A stretch of DNA of 64,000 nucleotides from Emiliania huxleyi CCMP1516. Taxonomy: Eukaryota. Shown here in pieces: positions 50,910 through 64,000 of the stretch. The translations under genes and the position numbers were made by a program. The notes beneath the pieces are model-generated. The model searched no databases. It worked only from the letters and a program-made list of their open reading frames with translations, and was not told the DNA's origin. The stretch lies in contig NW_005201298.1 in assembly GCF_000372725.1 (NCBI RefSeq), positions 249,393 to 313,392 on the forward strand, written 5' to 3'. Each line of letters starts with the position of its first letter. Position 1 is the stretch's first letter.

Positions 50910-53900
50910 ATGTTCGCCGTTCTCACCCTCGTGCCGGCGGCACCGGCGGCGACTGAGCCGTGCACCTGTGCTTTGAATTGGACGGATCCAGACAGCGGCC
51001 ACGCTTGCAGGGAGCCGCAGTTCGGTTGCCCGCCGGTTGCGTGCGACGGACCGTACCCACCGTGGTGCGTCGTCGAGTCGCTGCCGTGCGCCGACCCTGA
51101 CCCTGACTCAGGCATCAACACTGGCTTGTACGGCGGAAATTGGATTCATTGCGAGCCGGAGTATTCGCCAACGCCGCCGAGTTATCCGCCGCCGCCGCCC
51201 TTTGCAGTTGTGCGAATCGGCGCCCTCTTGCCGCGGCAGCTGCCAAGCGGCGAGTTGATGCACCTGGGTCGGGCAGAGGAGCTGACGTCCGTGCTCATGG
51301 CAATCGAGGAAATCAACAACAAGACAGACGGCGTGGCGGACGATCTGCTTCCAAACACGCAGCTTTTGCTCGCACACCGCGACTCGCGCTGCGACCCGGC
51401 ATTCGGCAGCGACGCGGCCTACCAGCTACTGCACCACGCGTTCGACGGCGCCGGCTGCGACGCGCTGGTTGGTGCATACTGCTCAAGCGCGTCCATCCCC
51501 GCTGCGAGGCTGGCGGAGCTGACGGCCACCCCGCAGGTACTCACTCTAAGAGGACCGTGTGAGTGTTGCTTATGCAGTCTATAACGGTTGCTGACTCAAC
51601 TGCTATTAGGTCTCTCACTCCTCTCAGAGCCCGGAATTGAGCGGCGACGACTTTCCCTTCTTTGCGCGGGTTGTCACCTCTGACTCCCTCATGGCTGTGG
51701 CTTTGGCTGAGGCCACTCGAAATCTCCTCGGCGTCAAGCGCGTGGCCACCATTGCGTGCACGGACGCATACTGCACCGCCGGCGTGGCGGCCTTTGAGGC
51801 GGCTGCGTCTGCTCAAGGAATCACCATCATTGAGTCCGTCCGCTTCGAAAACGGTCAGAGCAACCTCGGCGAGCCCCTCGGTGCTTTGCGCGCCTCGTGT
51901 GCGACCGTCTTTGTCGCCATTGCTCTTGCAGAGGATGCAGATCGCCTTTTGGAGCAAGCCCTCGGTGCACGGCTCGTCGGCCCTGAATTCACCTGGGTTG
52001 GCGACATCGGTCTGTTCGAAGGGCTGGGCTCGCTGGCCGGCCGTGGCCTCCCCGTGGACGATTTCCGCGGAATACTCGCGATCACAAACTCAATCGCGCC
52101 AAGCGTGGCGTACGACGGCTACGCCTCTCGCAAGCGCGCACGGCCATCCACGCTCGGCGACGGGACAAATTGCGACCCGGCAGACGACGACGAGGGGCAC
52201 AAACTCTGGTCAGTTGATACGGATGAGGATAGAGCGCCACGCTGCTTCGGTGCCAACAATCAGTTTCCCGAGAGCGTCTATGCCCCGAGAGCTTACGATG
52301 CTGTGTACGCTGTGGCGCACGCAGTGCAAGCGCTGGTGGACGACCCGTTGGTTCAGCGTATCGACGGCGACGCTCTGATGGCGGCCCTTCTCGCCGTCCG
52401 GTTCGACGGCGTGACGGGCAAAGTCTCCTTCTCGTCCGAGCCGGCCACCCTCGGCGACCGCGCGGGTGGCGTCCTTTACGATGTGATGAACGTGAACGCG
52501 TCAGGCGCGTGGGTCAAGCTTGGCACCTGGCAGCCAGCCGACAACTGGGAGCAGAGCTTTGCCGGCAACGGTCAGGCGCTGACGAGGCCAACGCCCGACA
52601 ACAGCAAGCCGCCAGAACTCGTGGGCGACACGCTGCGCGTCGGAGTCTTTTGTGATGATCATGTTGGCGAGTCGGAGTGCCAGCATGTGATGCACATCAT
52701 TGACCGGATCAATGACAAGAAGGACGGCTTCCTAGACGACTTACTTCCGGATCACACGCTCTTCTACTCTATGGTTCAGACAGGGACCACCGGCTGTGCC
52801 GAGTCTGAGGCCATTCGACGCCAGTTCGATCAGCTGTACTCCGACTTGAATGGAGTAGTCGCCACCATCGGCCCGTTCTGTTCGGATGACGTGGCTGCTG
52901 TGACAGCCGCCGAGTGGCGCGCTGGAGCCGACATCTCTACCGTCGTGCTCTCGCCGTCGTCGACGGCTCCGATCTTGGCGAACGTGGGCGCATACCCGAA
53001 CCTGTTGCGCCTCTCGAGCAACGACAAGCACGTCACGTCCGCCGTTGCAGCACTCGCAGAGCGGCTGGGATGGCAAGCCATTTGCGTGCTCCATGACGAC
53101 GGTCTATGGGGACGCGGGGTCATGCAGTCTTTCACCTCAATCTTTGAGAGCTCAGGTGGGAAAATCGTAAACAATGGCACGGCGGAATTTTCCAAGGCAG
53201 CTTTTGACGGCGGCAACTTGACAGGGAGCGACCTGCTCGACCAGCTCGAAGACTGCCAAATCATCCTCCTCGTCGCCTACCCGGATGCGCAGCGGGCTGT
53301 GTTTGCTGCCTCCTATGACGAAGGTCGGCTTTGGGGGCCGGGCTACGCTTGGCTCAACGCGTATCCGGCTGAGGAAGCCCTCTACAATGCAGATGGCTCG
53401 GTGAACTCGTCCGCTGTGCATGGCTCGGAGGGGTGCTCGGAGTCATCGAGTCATCCGGCGTGAGCAGCGCCTCCGACCTCAGCCTAAAGTATCAGGCGCT
53501 GTGGGATGAGGTGTCGAGCAGTCAGGGCTGCACCAACATGAGCCCGCAGTCCCGACCCTTCTGCGACCACGACGACGACGCCTCGACGCTTCCCGATTAC
53601 ACGGCAATGTACGTGGATGCAGTGATCAAGCTCGCAGTCTCTGCCGATGCTGCGATCCGCAACGGCTCACGGCCAGGAGACGCAGATGCGCTGTACGCGA
53701 CGATGCTGGCAGCTGACACCGTGACGGGGCTGAGCGGGCCTCTTGTTTTCGACGACAGCGGAGATCGACTCGGTACCTTGGAGGTGCTCAACTACCGGCT
53801 GCTCACCGAAGCCTCTCAGTCAGGGCGCCGCCTTAGCTCGGTACTTCTGCCGCGTTCGTTGCTTGAGTTCTCAATCGTGGGCAGCTACTCTACCGCAACC

Positions 53901-55707
53901 TCGACACTGCAGCTGCCAGACGTTGGCGCTCTCGTCTTCTCCGGGGGATCGACGGAGGTGCCACAGCACTCCTCCCCTCCTCCACCGCCTCCGCCGCCAG
54001 CACCTCCTCCTGAGCCGCCGTTGAGCACTGGCGTACTCGTCGTGATCGTCTTGCTTTCGGTAATGACACCCGTCGTCGTGATTTGGGTCGCCGTTCGAGA
54101 GTGGCGCCGTCGGCGGGAGCGCGAGCACGAATGGACAAGACAGCAGTGGCTGAGATATCTCTCAACGGGCCAGCCCGTGCAGCTGGAGCCGCTCACAGAC
54201 GGCAACAAGTACCATCTCTTTCTGTCCCATTCGTGGCTTTCCGGACAGGATATGCATAAGGACGCTGTCCGAGTGATGAAGGAACGGCTGCTCAATCTCT
54301 TGCCGGACACGAAGATCTTTCTCGACGTGGACGACTTGGCGTCCGGGCGAGGCGCAGCCGAAGTTGCTATGTCCAAGATTCTCGTCGTCTTTTTGTCGGA
54401 TGGCTACCTCACGCGCCCCAACACCGTGCGCGAACTGCTTCGGGCGATGAGCCTGCAAAAAATCGTTATCACCGTCTACGATGAGCGCAGCGTCTACATG
54501 GACAAAGGTGTGCTCCGAGCAGCGATCGAAGCAGCTTGCCTGAACCTTTCGAGGTGGGGTCTCGACGGCGACTTGGCGGCCTGGGGCGCAGAGGTCCCGA
54601 CCACGGCCGACATCTTTGCTGCGCTGACAGCACAGCCTCTCCTGTGGACTCGTGTCCCAGCTTTCATGAACGTCACTTTGCAGGCGTGCGTGACACCGCT
54701 GGTTCAGCCCAAGGCGCCCATGTTGCGACCAAGCGCAGACGGGAAAGCGAATCTCTCCCCGGAGGCGCTCCAGCGCACAGTCGAGATGCTGGTTCAGCCC
54801 AAGGCGCTCATCTTGCAATCTGTCCCGTCTTGGGCGCAGAAGGGGCTTGGTCGCGCAGACGGGAAAGCGAGTCTCTCCCCGGAGGCGCTCGAGCGCGCAA
54901 TCGAGATGATGCAGGCTGCTGCTGAGCCTGGCGCGGCGGCTTCGACGAGGCTGTACACGCGAGCCGGCATTGGCTTCACCTGGCAGAGGCTCCGCGCTGG
55001 AGAGAGATTTCGAATCTACGCCAGCCCACACAACCCCGGCGCGCTCGAGCTCACCCAGGAGCTGTCTTGCCTGCTGCAGCACCTCGACATAGAGCTCGAA
55101 GTGACGACCTCCGTCGCCGACCTCACGGCCTGCAGCCACATGCTGCTGTACCTCGACAAGCGCACCTGGGTGTCGACGGAGAATGACCAGCGGATAGCCG
55201 CGCTCTCAAGCGACGTGAAGGCCGCCCTGGCCGGGCGCGTTCACCTGCTTCCGGTTCACGAGAGCGAGCCGTTTGAGTACATGGCGGGCAGCCACGCCGG
55301 CGTCAAGTTCGACGACCTCCTCGACTGCGTGGATGGCGCGACCCCCATCGAGCTGCTTCAGCGACAGGTGAGTCCCCGCGCTCCCGCTGCATCATCAGCG
55401 CGTAGCATAGTGCCGTCGACTCGCCTCCACCTCTGTCTCTCAGGTCTACGCGGAGGTTGCGGTGCCGCTCAAAGAAGGCATCTATCGGCCCGCAAGCCTG
55501 CTGCTGCTCGCACGCGCTGTCGGCGACCAGACGCGGACTTCGGCGCTGCGGCAGCTCACTTTTTCCTCCAAAGAGCTGCGCCTGCCCTCTATGACTTTGG
55601 CGGAGGGCAGTGCGAGTCTGATGAGCCGGACGAGCAAATATTGCCGCTCTCTCTCGAGCCGGCAGAGCACACCACACGGACGCAGGAGGGCGCTCCCTCC
55701 TCTCTGA
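50910..55707 (+). CDS. Receptor with Cys-rich N-terminus, two Venus-flytrap (ANF-receptor type) domains, one TM, TIR and a second TIR-like domain; introns 51537-51609 and 55368-55443; frameshift at 53430-53433
   Basis: VFT1 MAIEEINN..LLPNTQL..DSRCD..VGAYCSS..FPFFARV..AYDAVYAVAHA; VFT2 IGPFCSD..YPNLLRL..LGW; TM GVLVVIVLLSVMTPVVVIWVAV; TIR YHLFLSHSW..IFLDVDDL..VVFLSDGYL..VREL. Confidence 0.85.
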
Positions 55708-56327
55708 GGGTTGGATGGTCCGGACCTGCCCGGCATTTGGGTACCACTTTGCCCACGCTGCAGTCGCGCTGCCAAGGCCTGCTAGCATCTTTGGTACCAC
55801 GCGTGCCGTCGTCCTCTGTCGTCCTCTGTCGTCCTACGTAGAGATAATGTACAATTGCAATACGGTATCTTGTAGTACGGCCTTATAGCTAGTAGTGCAG
55901 TTACTGCACACTGCACTCGCATGAACTGCCTTGTTAAACATAAAGAGACGAAGGCGCTCACACTCGAAACGCTGCGATCGCGGTGTCGGCAGCGTGACGA
56001 AGCCGCCCACAAAACACGCAAGCACACACACAGGCACAAGCACATACACACAGGCGTCTCCATAGGTGTGCTATGAATCAGCAGCCAGACCTGGCCCATC
56101 TCTCAAACGTCCAGCCTCCCCCCCCCGCCCCCGCCCCGGGCTACCCCCCCCCCCCCCTCCCCCTCCTTCCGTACGCCGCCCGTCTCTGGCACCCCCCCTT
56201 GCCAGCGGTGGCCCGGCTCGGCCGCCCTGCTGGCACACGCACCCCCTCCCCGCCCGCGCCTCTCTCCGGAGGGACACAACTGCGGCGCGTCGACGAAGCT
56301 GCGAGATTCCCCGAGATTGCCCCGCGA

Positions 56328-59300
56328 CTACCGGAGGACGAACTGCGACGTGTCGACGAGGCACGCCGCCTGGACGGCCGCCGGAGTCAGCGGCGCATCG
56401 ACGTGCAGCGGAGGCTGCTTGGACGCGTCTCCCGCGTCGGCGCGCGCCGCGAGGATCGCGGCGCGTGCGGCGAGGAAGGCGGCGGCGGCGAGCGCCATCG
56501 GCGGCTCCGCAGACGCCTTGGAGTGCAGCGTCGCGCCCGGGGCCGGGTTGGGCGCGCGCGGCAGGAAGGAGACGTTGAGCTCAAGGGGGATGTCGTGCAC
56601 AGCCGGCACCTGTGCTCCCCCCGCGCCGAGCGTGGGGAATCGGAGGTGTCTCGGAGGTGTCTCGGAGGTGTCTCGGAGGTGTCTCGGAGGTGTCTCGGAG
56701 GTGTCTCGGAGGTGTCTGGGAGGTGTCTGGGAGGTGTCTCGGAGGTGTCTTGGAGGTGTCTCGGAGGTGTCTCGGAGGTGTCTCGGAGGTGTCTCGGAGG
56801 TGTCTCGGAGGTGTCTCGGAGGTGCACCTTGTACTCCCACGTGCCGAGCGTCGTCGGCGCGCCGCTCGGCGAGTGGGAGACGACCTCGGGGAAGAGAGAG
56901 CAACGCCGGTTAATGACAGGGAATGATGGAGAGGAATCGCTCGGCGGGCGGGAGACGGCCTCGGAGAAGAAGAGGCCGAGCGCCATGACGAAGCCCCCCT
57001 CGACTTGCCCGAGGTCGATCTCCGGGTTGAGGGGCGTCCCCTGGTCCATGAGCAGGTCGGCGCGCAGGATGCAGGTCTCGCCAGACAGCGCGTCGATCTC
57101 GACCTCGCAGATTAATCAGCACTACTCAGCACTACTCGGCACTGGGTCACCGACGGCGGGTCGCGCTCTCCGCCTCGCAGCACGCCACGCCCGAGGTTGC
57201 GTAGTCGAACTTGGGCACCCCCTCGGGCGCGGCCCCGCCGAACCAGCCGCTCGCCGCGAGGGACACGCCTACTCACACCCTCCCCCTTCCCCGCGGGCGC
57301 CTTTCCCTCCACCCCAGCCGCTCCCCCCACGAGGGAGTCGCCCGCGTCGGTCGCCGCTTTGACTGTGGCCTCCCACGCGCCCTCCCCCGCCGCGCCAGCC
57401 GCCGGCCGGAAGGGGAGCAGGCGAGCGTTGAGCGTCTCCGCCGCGTCCAGCACCGCCTTGGCGACGCACTCCGGGGTGTGAAGGGAGGGGCTGGTCAGGC
57501 GCTAGTCAAGCGTCCAGCAGCGCGCCTTGACGACGCACTCCGAGGTGGCAGAGCCGCCCGTGTCGGCCGAGCCGGGCGTGGCGAGCGACGAGGTGTCCGA
57601 CACAGACACGCCGCCGAGCGGGCAGCCGAGGGCGAAGGCGGCCGCCTGCGCCGCCTTAGTGTGGATGCCCTGCCCTAGCTCGCACCCTCCGTGGGCCAGC
57701 CGGACGGACCCGTCCGCCAGCACGCCGAGCGAGCAGCCCTCCTTGTACGCGCCTCCGTTGTCCTCGATGCCGTACTTGACGGGGACCATCCTCAGCCCGC
57801 GCTTGCGCCACCGGTTGGAGCGGTTGAACGCCTCCACCTGCTCACGCCAACCAATGCGAATCAATGCTGGCCAATGCGAATCCATGCCGAGGAATGCGAA
57901 TCCATTGTGAGTAATGCGAGTCCATGGCGAGTAATGCGAGTCAATGCGATTGCAATAGGTTGGGGCGCGGTTTTCGAGCCCCCGCCTGCTCGCGCCGCGC
58001 CGCAACCTCCCACCGCGCCTTCGCGGACTGCCACATCGCCGGCAGGTTCCAGTTGAAGCCGTTCTCGCCCACGGTGACGCCGCAGAGGGCCGCGTCCCCC
58101 GTGGCGTACAGGTTGGCCTCGCGCACCGCGTCCGCCGGCAAGCCGACCGCCTCGGCCGCAGCCTCCATCGCCAACTCGTGCAGCGGGATGGTCTGCACGA
58201 CGCCGGGAGCTCGGCACGCGGTGCTGCCTACGTGTGGGACGAGGCGAGATTGCGCGAGACTGCCCGAGACTGCACCACCCCCCCGGGGAAGCGCGCGGCG
58301 CTGCCTACGACGCCGGAGTTGTAGAACGAGCCGTGCACCGCGAAGTCGTCGGCGCGGTACGCGTTGTCCGCCCAGCAGACTCCCATCGTCAGGTCGCCTG
58401 TCGAGCACCAATTAATTAATTACCAATTTTAATTAATTAATTAATTATAATCAATACTCCCATCGTCAGGTCGCCTATCGAGCACCAATTGACTGACTGT
58501 TCGTCCTTCGCCACGAATCAGAGCAGGCGCCCGTCGTCAGGTCGCCTGTCGAGCACCAATAATAATAAATAATAATAATATAATATAATATAACTCCCGT
58601 CGTCAGGTCACCTGCGCCGCCGTCGACGACGCCAGAGTCGAACGCCGCGGTGAGCTCGATTGACGAGACGACGCCGCCTGTCGGGACATGTCGCGGACAT
58701 GTCCCGGACGTGTCGCGGCGCTGCGGGGAGCTCGAGAGGGGATGGTACGCCACCCTGGTCCACCGCGAGCCGGAAGGAGCCCTCCATCGGCGGCCGGCCG
58801 CCCGTCGACGCCATGTCGTCCGAACGGTCGTTGTGCAGCCGCACGGGGCGGCCGTGCTTGGCGGCGGCGACGGCCGCGGCGATGGCCGTCGGGAGGTGCG
58901 CGTTGAGCTTGCCGCCGTACGCGCCGCCGATACGGCGCACGCGCACGTCCACCGTGGCGAGGGGGAGGCCGAGCGCGCCTAATCTCGGGTAATCTCCGGT
59001 AACCTCGGGCAATCTCGCCGTCCACCGTGGCGAGGGGGAGGCCGAGCGCACCCGCCACCGCCGTCTGCGTGCGGGTTGGGTTCTGGTTGGCGCAGGTGAT
59101 GGAGAGGCCGCCTCCCTCGACCTACAATAATGAACGGGCTCCTCTTAACGAACTGATCGGTATCGGTGATGGAGAGGCAGCCTCCGTCGACCGGCAGGGC
59201 GAGCGCGGTGTTGGTCTCAAGGTAGAAGTGGCGCTGGCCTGGTATGGACCAGTGAACCCATTAGTAATCAGCGTCTTGCGGGTCACCATAGGAGGACACA

Positions 59301-62300
59301 GTGGCGCTGGCCCCCGATGCGGAGCTTGCCCTCCACGGCGGCCTTGCCCTCCGCCGCCGCGCGAGACCACCACTCGCCCGCCTAAGTTCCAATTCAACCA
59401 GTCAGCCCCCAGTGTGTGACCGGCTGGACTCACCTCCTTGTCTGAGTGAACGCTCGCTCGCCTGCCGCCCGCGCACAATGCTCGAGTGGTGATCGTCCTC
59501 CTTCACCTCCTGCGCGCCGCCGTCGCCTCCGCCTCCGCCTCCGCCTCCGCCTCCGCCTCCGCCTCCGCCCTCGCCTCCGCCTCCGCCTCCGCCCTCGCCT
59601 CCGCCTCCGCCTCCGCCCTCGCCTCCGCCTCCGCCTCCGCCGCCTCCGCCCGCCGCCTTCGCCTTGCGCGTCTCCTCCTGCAGCCGCTCGAGCCGGATCC
59701 CGTTCCGCCGCGCGAACCCAGAGGAGCGGAGCTGCTCGAAGGCCGCCGCCACACGCGCGGCGTCGGGCGGACTCCGGCGCGAGGTGGGAGGGGGCGGGGG
59801 GGGGGCTTGCTTGAGGAGCCCCGCCGAGTGGCTGAGCCTGAGCACGGCCAGCTGCGCGCCTAGTCGGCCGGCCACAGCTCGCTCAACGCGCGAACGGCCG
59901 AAGCGTTGACGAGGCGTGAGCGGATGGCTGCGCGCCACGCCGCGCGTGCGAGAGGGAGTCGGCGAGGACGACGGCGACCGGCGCGCCGACGCATGGGAGC
60001 GGCGACCCGACCGGGTGGAGGTAGAAGGGGTAGCAGTTCGAGTCGGCGGCGGCGGTGGCGTTGGCGGCGGGGTTCGGGAAGTCCGCCGCGCTGACGACGT
60101 CGACGACGCCGGGGGAGGCGAGGGTGGCGCTCCAGTCTGCCCCGCAGAAGGAAGCGCCGGCAGAGCCGTCCGGCGCGAGGACGAAGGCGCCTAGTATGGA
60201 GTGGTGAGCTGAGCGCTCCTCGGTCGGCGGCAGAGCCGTCCGGCGCGAGGACGAAGGCGCCTAGTATGGAGTGGTGAGCTGAGCGCTCCTCGGTCGGCGG
60301 CAGAGCCGTCCGGCGCGAGGACGAAAGCGCCGCAGAGCTCGCCCGCGACGGCTGGCTCGTCGGAGGAGTAGAGCGCCTCGCCCGACGCCTGAGTAGCGCA
60401 CTCCTTCCTGCACTCGTGATGAATACTGCATGAGTAGACCGCCCTCCCCCCGACGCCTGCAGCAGCGAAGTGAGCTTGGGCAGCGGCAGCGAGACGGGCG
60501 CCTACAGGAAAGGTCCAGGAAAGGTCCAAGAAAGGTCTAGGAAAGTGAGCTTTGGGCAGCGGCAGGGAGACGGGCGCCAGCGACGCGTCGCTCACGCCGA
60601 TCGACTGGGTGCCGCACGAGACGGGCCTGCTCTCAGGAAGTAGCCTCGTCATTGACTAGCCATTCCTTGTGAAAGGGCCGCACGAGAGACGGGCCGGTCG
60701 GCGGCGGCGGCGAGCGAGCCGGCGACGGCGGACGCGAGGCGGGGGGGGAGGGGCGAGCCCTGCGCGGAGAGGAGCAGCTTGTACGCAAACGAGGCGACGA
60801 GGGAGAGGCGGTACTCGTGCGGCGCGAGGTGGCCGATGTCCGAGGCGGAGCCCGCGTCCGACTCGACGGCCTTGGCCGCCTGCTGAGGGACGCGTCCATG
60901 AGAGTGACTTCCTTCACAGGGAGGTACACGGACCGGCCTTGGCCGCCTGCTGCACCAGCTCGGCGACGAAGCCGCGCATCGCGGCCGCGTCGGATGGGGC
61001 GGCACCTACGGACGACCTTGCTAATCAATTAATTATTAATTAATTGATTAATTGATTAATTGATTATTCATCAGGGCGGCGCCTACGGGTGATCTCGCGG
61101 CGAGACTGCGACGAGACTGTCCGAGGTTGCACCGCGACCGATGCTCGGCGCCGACGAGACGGGACGCGGCGGAGGGTGGGACCGCCCACGTGCCGCTCGA
61201 GACGAGGCCGCCAAAGGCTCCGCCCACCGCCGCGACGGCGCCGCCCTTGCCTGCGGGGCATGTCCACGACAGTCCGGGACATGGCCCAGCCGCCGGCCGG
61301 CGACATGCCCCCCCGCCAGTGCGCAGCGCGAGGCAGCAATTGAGCAGCGCGTGGCTGTTGGCGTGGCGCGACGAGACCTTGTCGGCGAAGCAGGCGGCGA
61401 GCGAGCCCGCGCGGCCGCCCGCCGACGCGAGAGGGAGGCGCAGCGCCACGATGAGCAGCGAGGCTGCGGAGCGAGGGCCGCAGGAGAGGTACCTGAGGGA
61501 GGTGTCGCGGAGGTGTCTCGGAGGTGTCTCGGAGGTGTCTCGAGGACCGCAGGAGAGGTGCCTGACTCAGCAGCGCGAATGTGGTGAGTGGAGTGGGGGC
61601 GTGGGCCGCGGTGCGAGGCCCAGACAGCGGTACTCGGACACGCTCACTGTGCGGAGGCCGCCGCCGCCGCCGCCACGGCGAAGGCCGGTGCGGTCGATGA
61701 CCGTGAGAGAGGCACCGACGCCAACGAGGAGCACCGCCACGTCGGAGGGGAGGGCCGGGTGGGCTGCGGCGAGGGCAAGGTTGCCAGCCCACGACCCGAC
61801 GGCGCGCACCTGAAGGAGGTGTCTCGGAAGTGCCTCGGAAGTGCCTCGGAAATGTCTCGGAAGTGCCTCGGAAGTGCCTCGGAAATGTCTCGGAAGTGCC
61901 TCGGAAGTGCCTCGGAAGTGCCTCGGAGTTGTCTCGGAAAGTGCCTCGGAAGTGCCTCGGAAGTGCCTCGGAAATGTCTCGGAAGTGCCTCGGAGGTGTC
62001 TCGGAAGTGCCTCGGAAGTGTCTCGGAAGTGTCTCGGAGGTGTCTCGGAAGTGCCTCGGAAGTTGTCTCGGAAGTGCCTCGGAAGTGCCTCGGAGGTGTC
62101 TCGGAAATGTCTCGGAAGTGTCTCGGAAGTGTCTCGGAAGTGTCTCGGAAGTGTCTCGGAGGCTGGCCGCCCACGAGCCCTCTGCGCGCACCTGAGTCGT
62201 CGCCACGCGGCCGAGATGGCGGGCGAGGGCTGCGGCGGCGGGTGCGGCGGCGCCTCCGCGCTGCTCGGAGGCCCAGGGCGGCCCCCCTCCCCTCCCGTCC

Positions 62301-63271
62301 GAGAGAGGGGCCTCGGCCGCCGCGGCGAGAGCGCTGCGGAGAGCCTCGAGCGTCTGCGCGGCGCCGGCAGAGAGCTCCCCGCTGGCAGGGTGGAACGCGG
62401 GCGCCGCTGCCAGCTCCGGCACGCCGCTCACGTCGACCAGCGCGGCGTTTGCTTGCGGCGGCAGCCCGCCCGCCGTCGGGCCGCGGGGAGTGTAGTACTT
62501 TCCGACCCCCATGCCCGTGTTTCCACAGTGCAGCAGCGCGGCCGGCTCGCGCCGCAGCAGCTCGACCTAATTAGCCAACAAGCTTCCTCTGAAGTGACTG
62601 GTTGAGGTAGGCGGAGAGCTCGCGCCGCAGCAGCTCGACCAGACCCTCGAGCGAGGCTGGCCGCGAGTAGCTCAGCCCGCTGCCTGAGGGAAGTGTCTCG
62701 GAAGTGTCTCGGAGGTGTCTCGGAGGCTGGCCGCGAGTAGCTCAGCCCCGCTGCCCTCGTCTTCATACCGCAGAGAGACGGGCGCCCGCGCGCGCGCCGC
62801 GACCGCCGCCGTCGGCGAGACCAGCCGCAGCGCCCTGTCGCACTCGCGCCTCGCCGCCGCCCTCCGGCCCGCCTCGCCGTTTGAGAGAGAGGACGCCTGC
62901 AGCGCCGCGTCGCACCTTCGGACCGGACGGCGTGGCTGTGGCCCTTCCGAGACACCTCCGAGACACCTCCGAGAAGGTTCGCACCGGCGGCCGCACGGCT
63001 TGCCCGTGGCGACGTCGTGGCACGGCGCGCACGTCTCGAGGTCGGTGATGCAGGAAGAGTCGTCGTGGGCAAAGGCGCGCTTGAATGCCTGCAGTACGAG
63101 GGAGTGACTGCCGTCACGGTGTGTGACGTGCTGTCAAGGCGTTCTCGCGGTCCTCGAGGGTGAGGGTGAGGGTGAGGGTTAAGTTAGGGTGACGGTTAGG
63201 TTAGGGTGAGGGTGAGGGGTGAGGGGTGAGGGGTGAGGGGTGAGGGGTGAGGGTGAGGGTGAGGGTGAGGG

Positions 63272-63304
<33 letters not shown>

Positions 63305-64000
63305 AGAGGGGGAGGGGGCGGGGCCTGGAGGATGGGCCGGTAGCCGGTGCAGCGGCAGAGGTTTCCATCCAGGCTCTCCTCGATCTCCTTGGCAGTGAGG
63401 TGCGCCGCGCCGCGCGCCGCCGCCCCGCCCAGCAGCGCCGACATGGCAGTCACCCAGCCGGGCGTGCAGAAGCCGCACTGGCTGCCTTGCCCCTCGGCGA
63501 TCGCCTTCATCACCTGCGAGTACCCGGCGCCTTGCGAGCCGAGCCCCTCGACAGTCGTGAGCGCGAGCCCGTCGCAGCCGCAGAGGAGGCGGAGGCACGC
63601 GTTGATCGCCCGCGGGTGGCCGTCCGACCCGACGGCGATCACCTACTTCTCCCACCACACTCAGGCGAGGGGTGGCCGGCGGCAGTTCCACCCCCAAAGG
63701 GCGGCCGACGGCACCGTGCACGCGCCGCAGCCGCCCTCGGCGCACCCAATCTTGGTGCCGGTGAGGCCCTCGGAGCGGAGCCACTCGGCGAGGGTGAGGG
63801 AGGGAGGCGGGTCGACGAGTCGCCGCTCCCGCCCGTTCAGGCTGAAGACCAGCTCCCGGCTCGGCGCGTCGGCCAGTCGAGCGAGCGGGTGGGACGGCGC
63901 GATGGCGCGTCGGGACCAGCGCTGCCGGGCGAGCAGCGCAGCTAGGACCGCGGCAGCGAAGACCGCGACGCTTCTCGCGTGCGGGATGTCTTGGCAAACT
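56328..64000 (-). CDS. Aldehyde oxidase / xanthine dehydrogenase family molybdo-flavoenzyme, many exons, start beyond the window
   Basis: GTKIGCAEGGCGACTV, SQCGFCTPG, GNLCRCTGYRPIL, QASGEALY, GQRHFYLET, RRIGGAYGGK, GCELGQGIHTK, DLGQVEGGFVM, SKASAEPP. GGAYGGK and CRAPG resemble aldehyde-oxidase rather than XDH motifs. Confidence 0.93.

Overview
Very GC-rich, intron-containing eukaryotic nuclear DNA. GC-AG introns, 10-11 bp intronic satellites, bipartite plastid signals and AP2-like repeats point to a haptophyte such as Emiliania/Gephyrocapsa (inference). About 15 protein genes were read manually: ER Hsp70 (BiP, partial), a coiled-coil protein, an FSH1-like pseudo-hydrolase, an LRR/multi-TM/HET-like receptor, a WW protein, PPIP5K/VIP1, a cytochrome P450 head-to-head with a GDXG lipase, ATG13, an SDR, Tic20, a bromo-MBD-DDT-WHIM chromatin protein, an Argonaute with an intact DEDH tetrad, an ankyrin protein, a double Venus-flytrap/TM/TIR receptor and an aldehyde oxidase (partial). 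Intergenic DNA carries 5'-truncated non-LTR retroelement tails (two with clear TSDs), gag and endonuclease remnants, inverted repeats and orphan gene fragments. Two signals stand out. (1) Many introns are built from a direct duplication of the flanking exon junction plus a 10-11 bp satellite, hairpin or AT-rich filler, sometimes amplified into arrays of AG|GY units, which looks like ongoing intron birth. (2) Two unusual membrane receptors end in TIR/HET-type domains. All calls come from manual motif recognition with no database search, and exon boundaries are only partly resolved.
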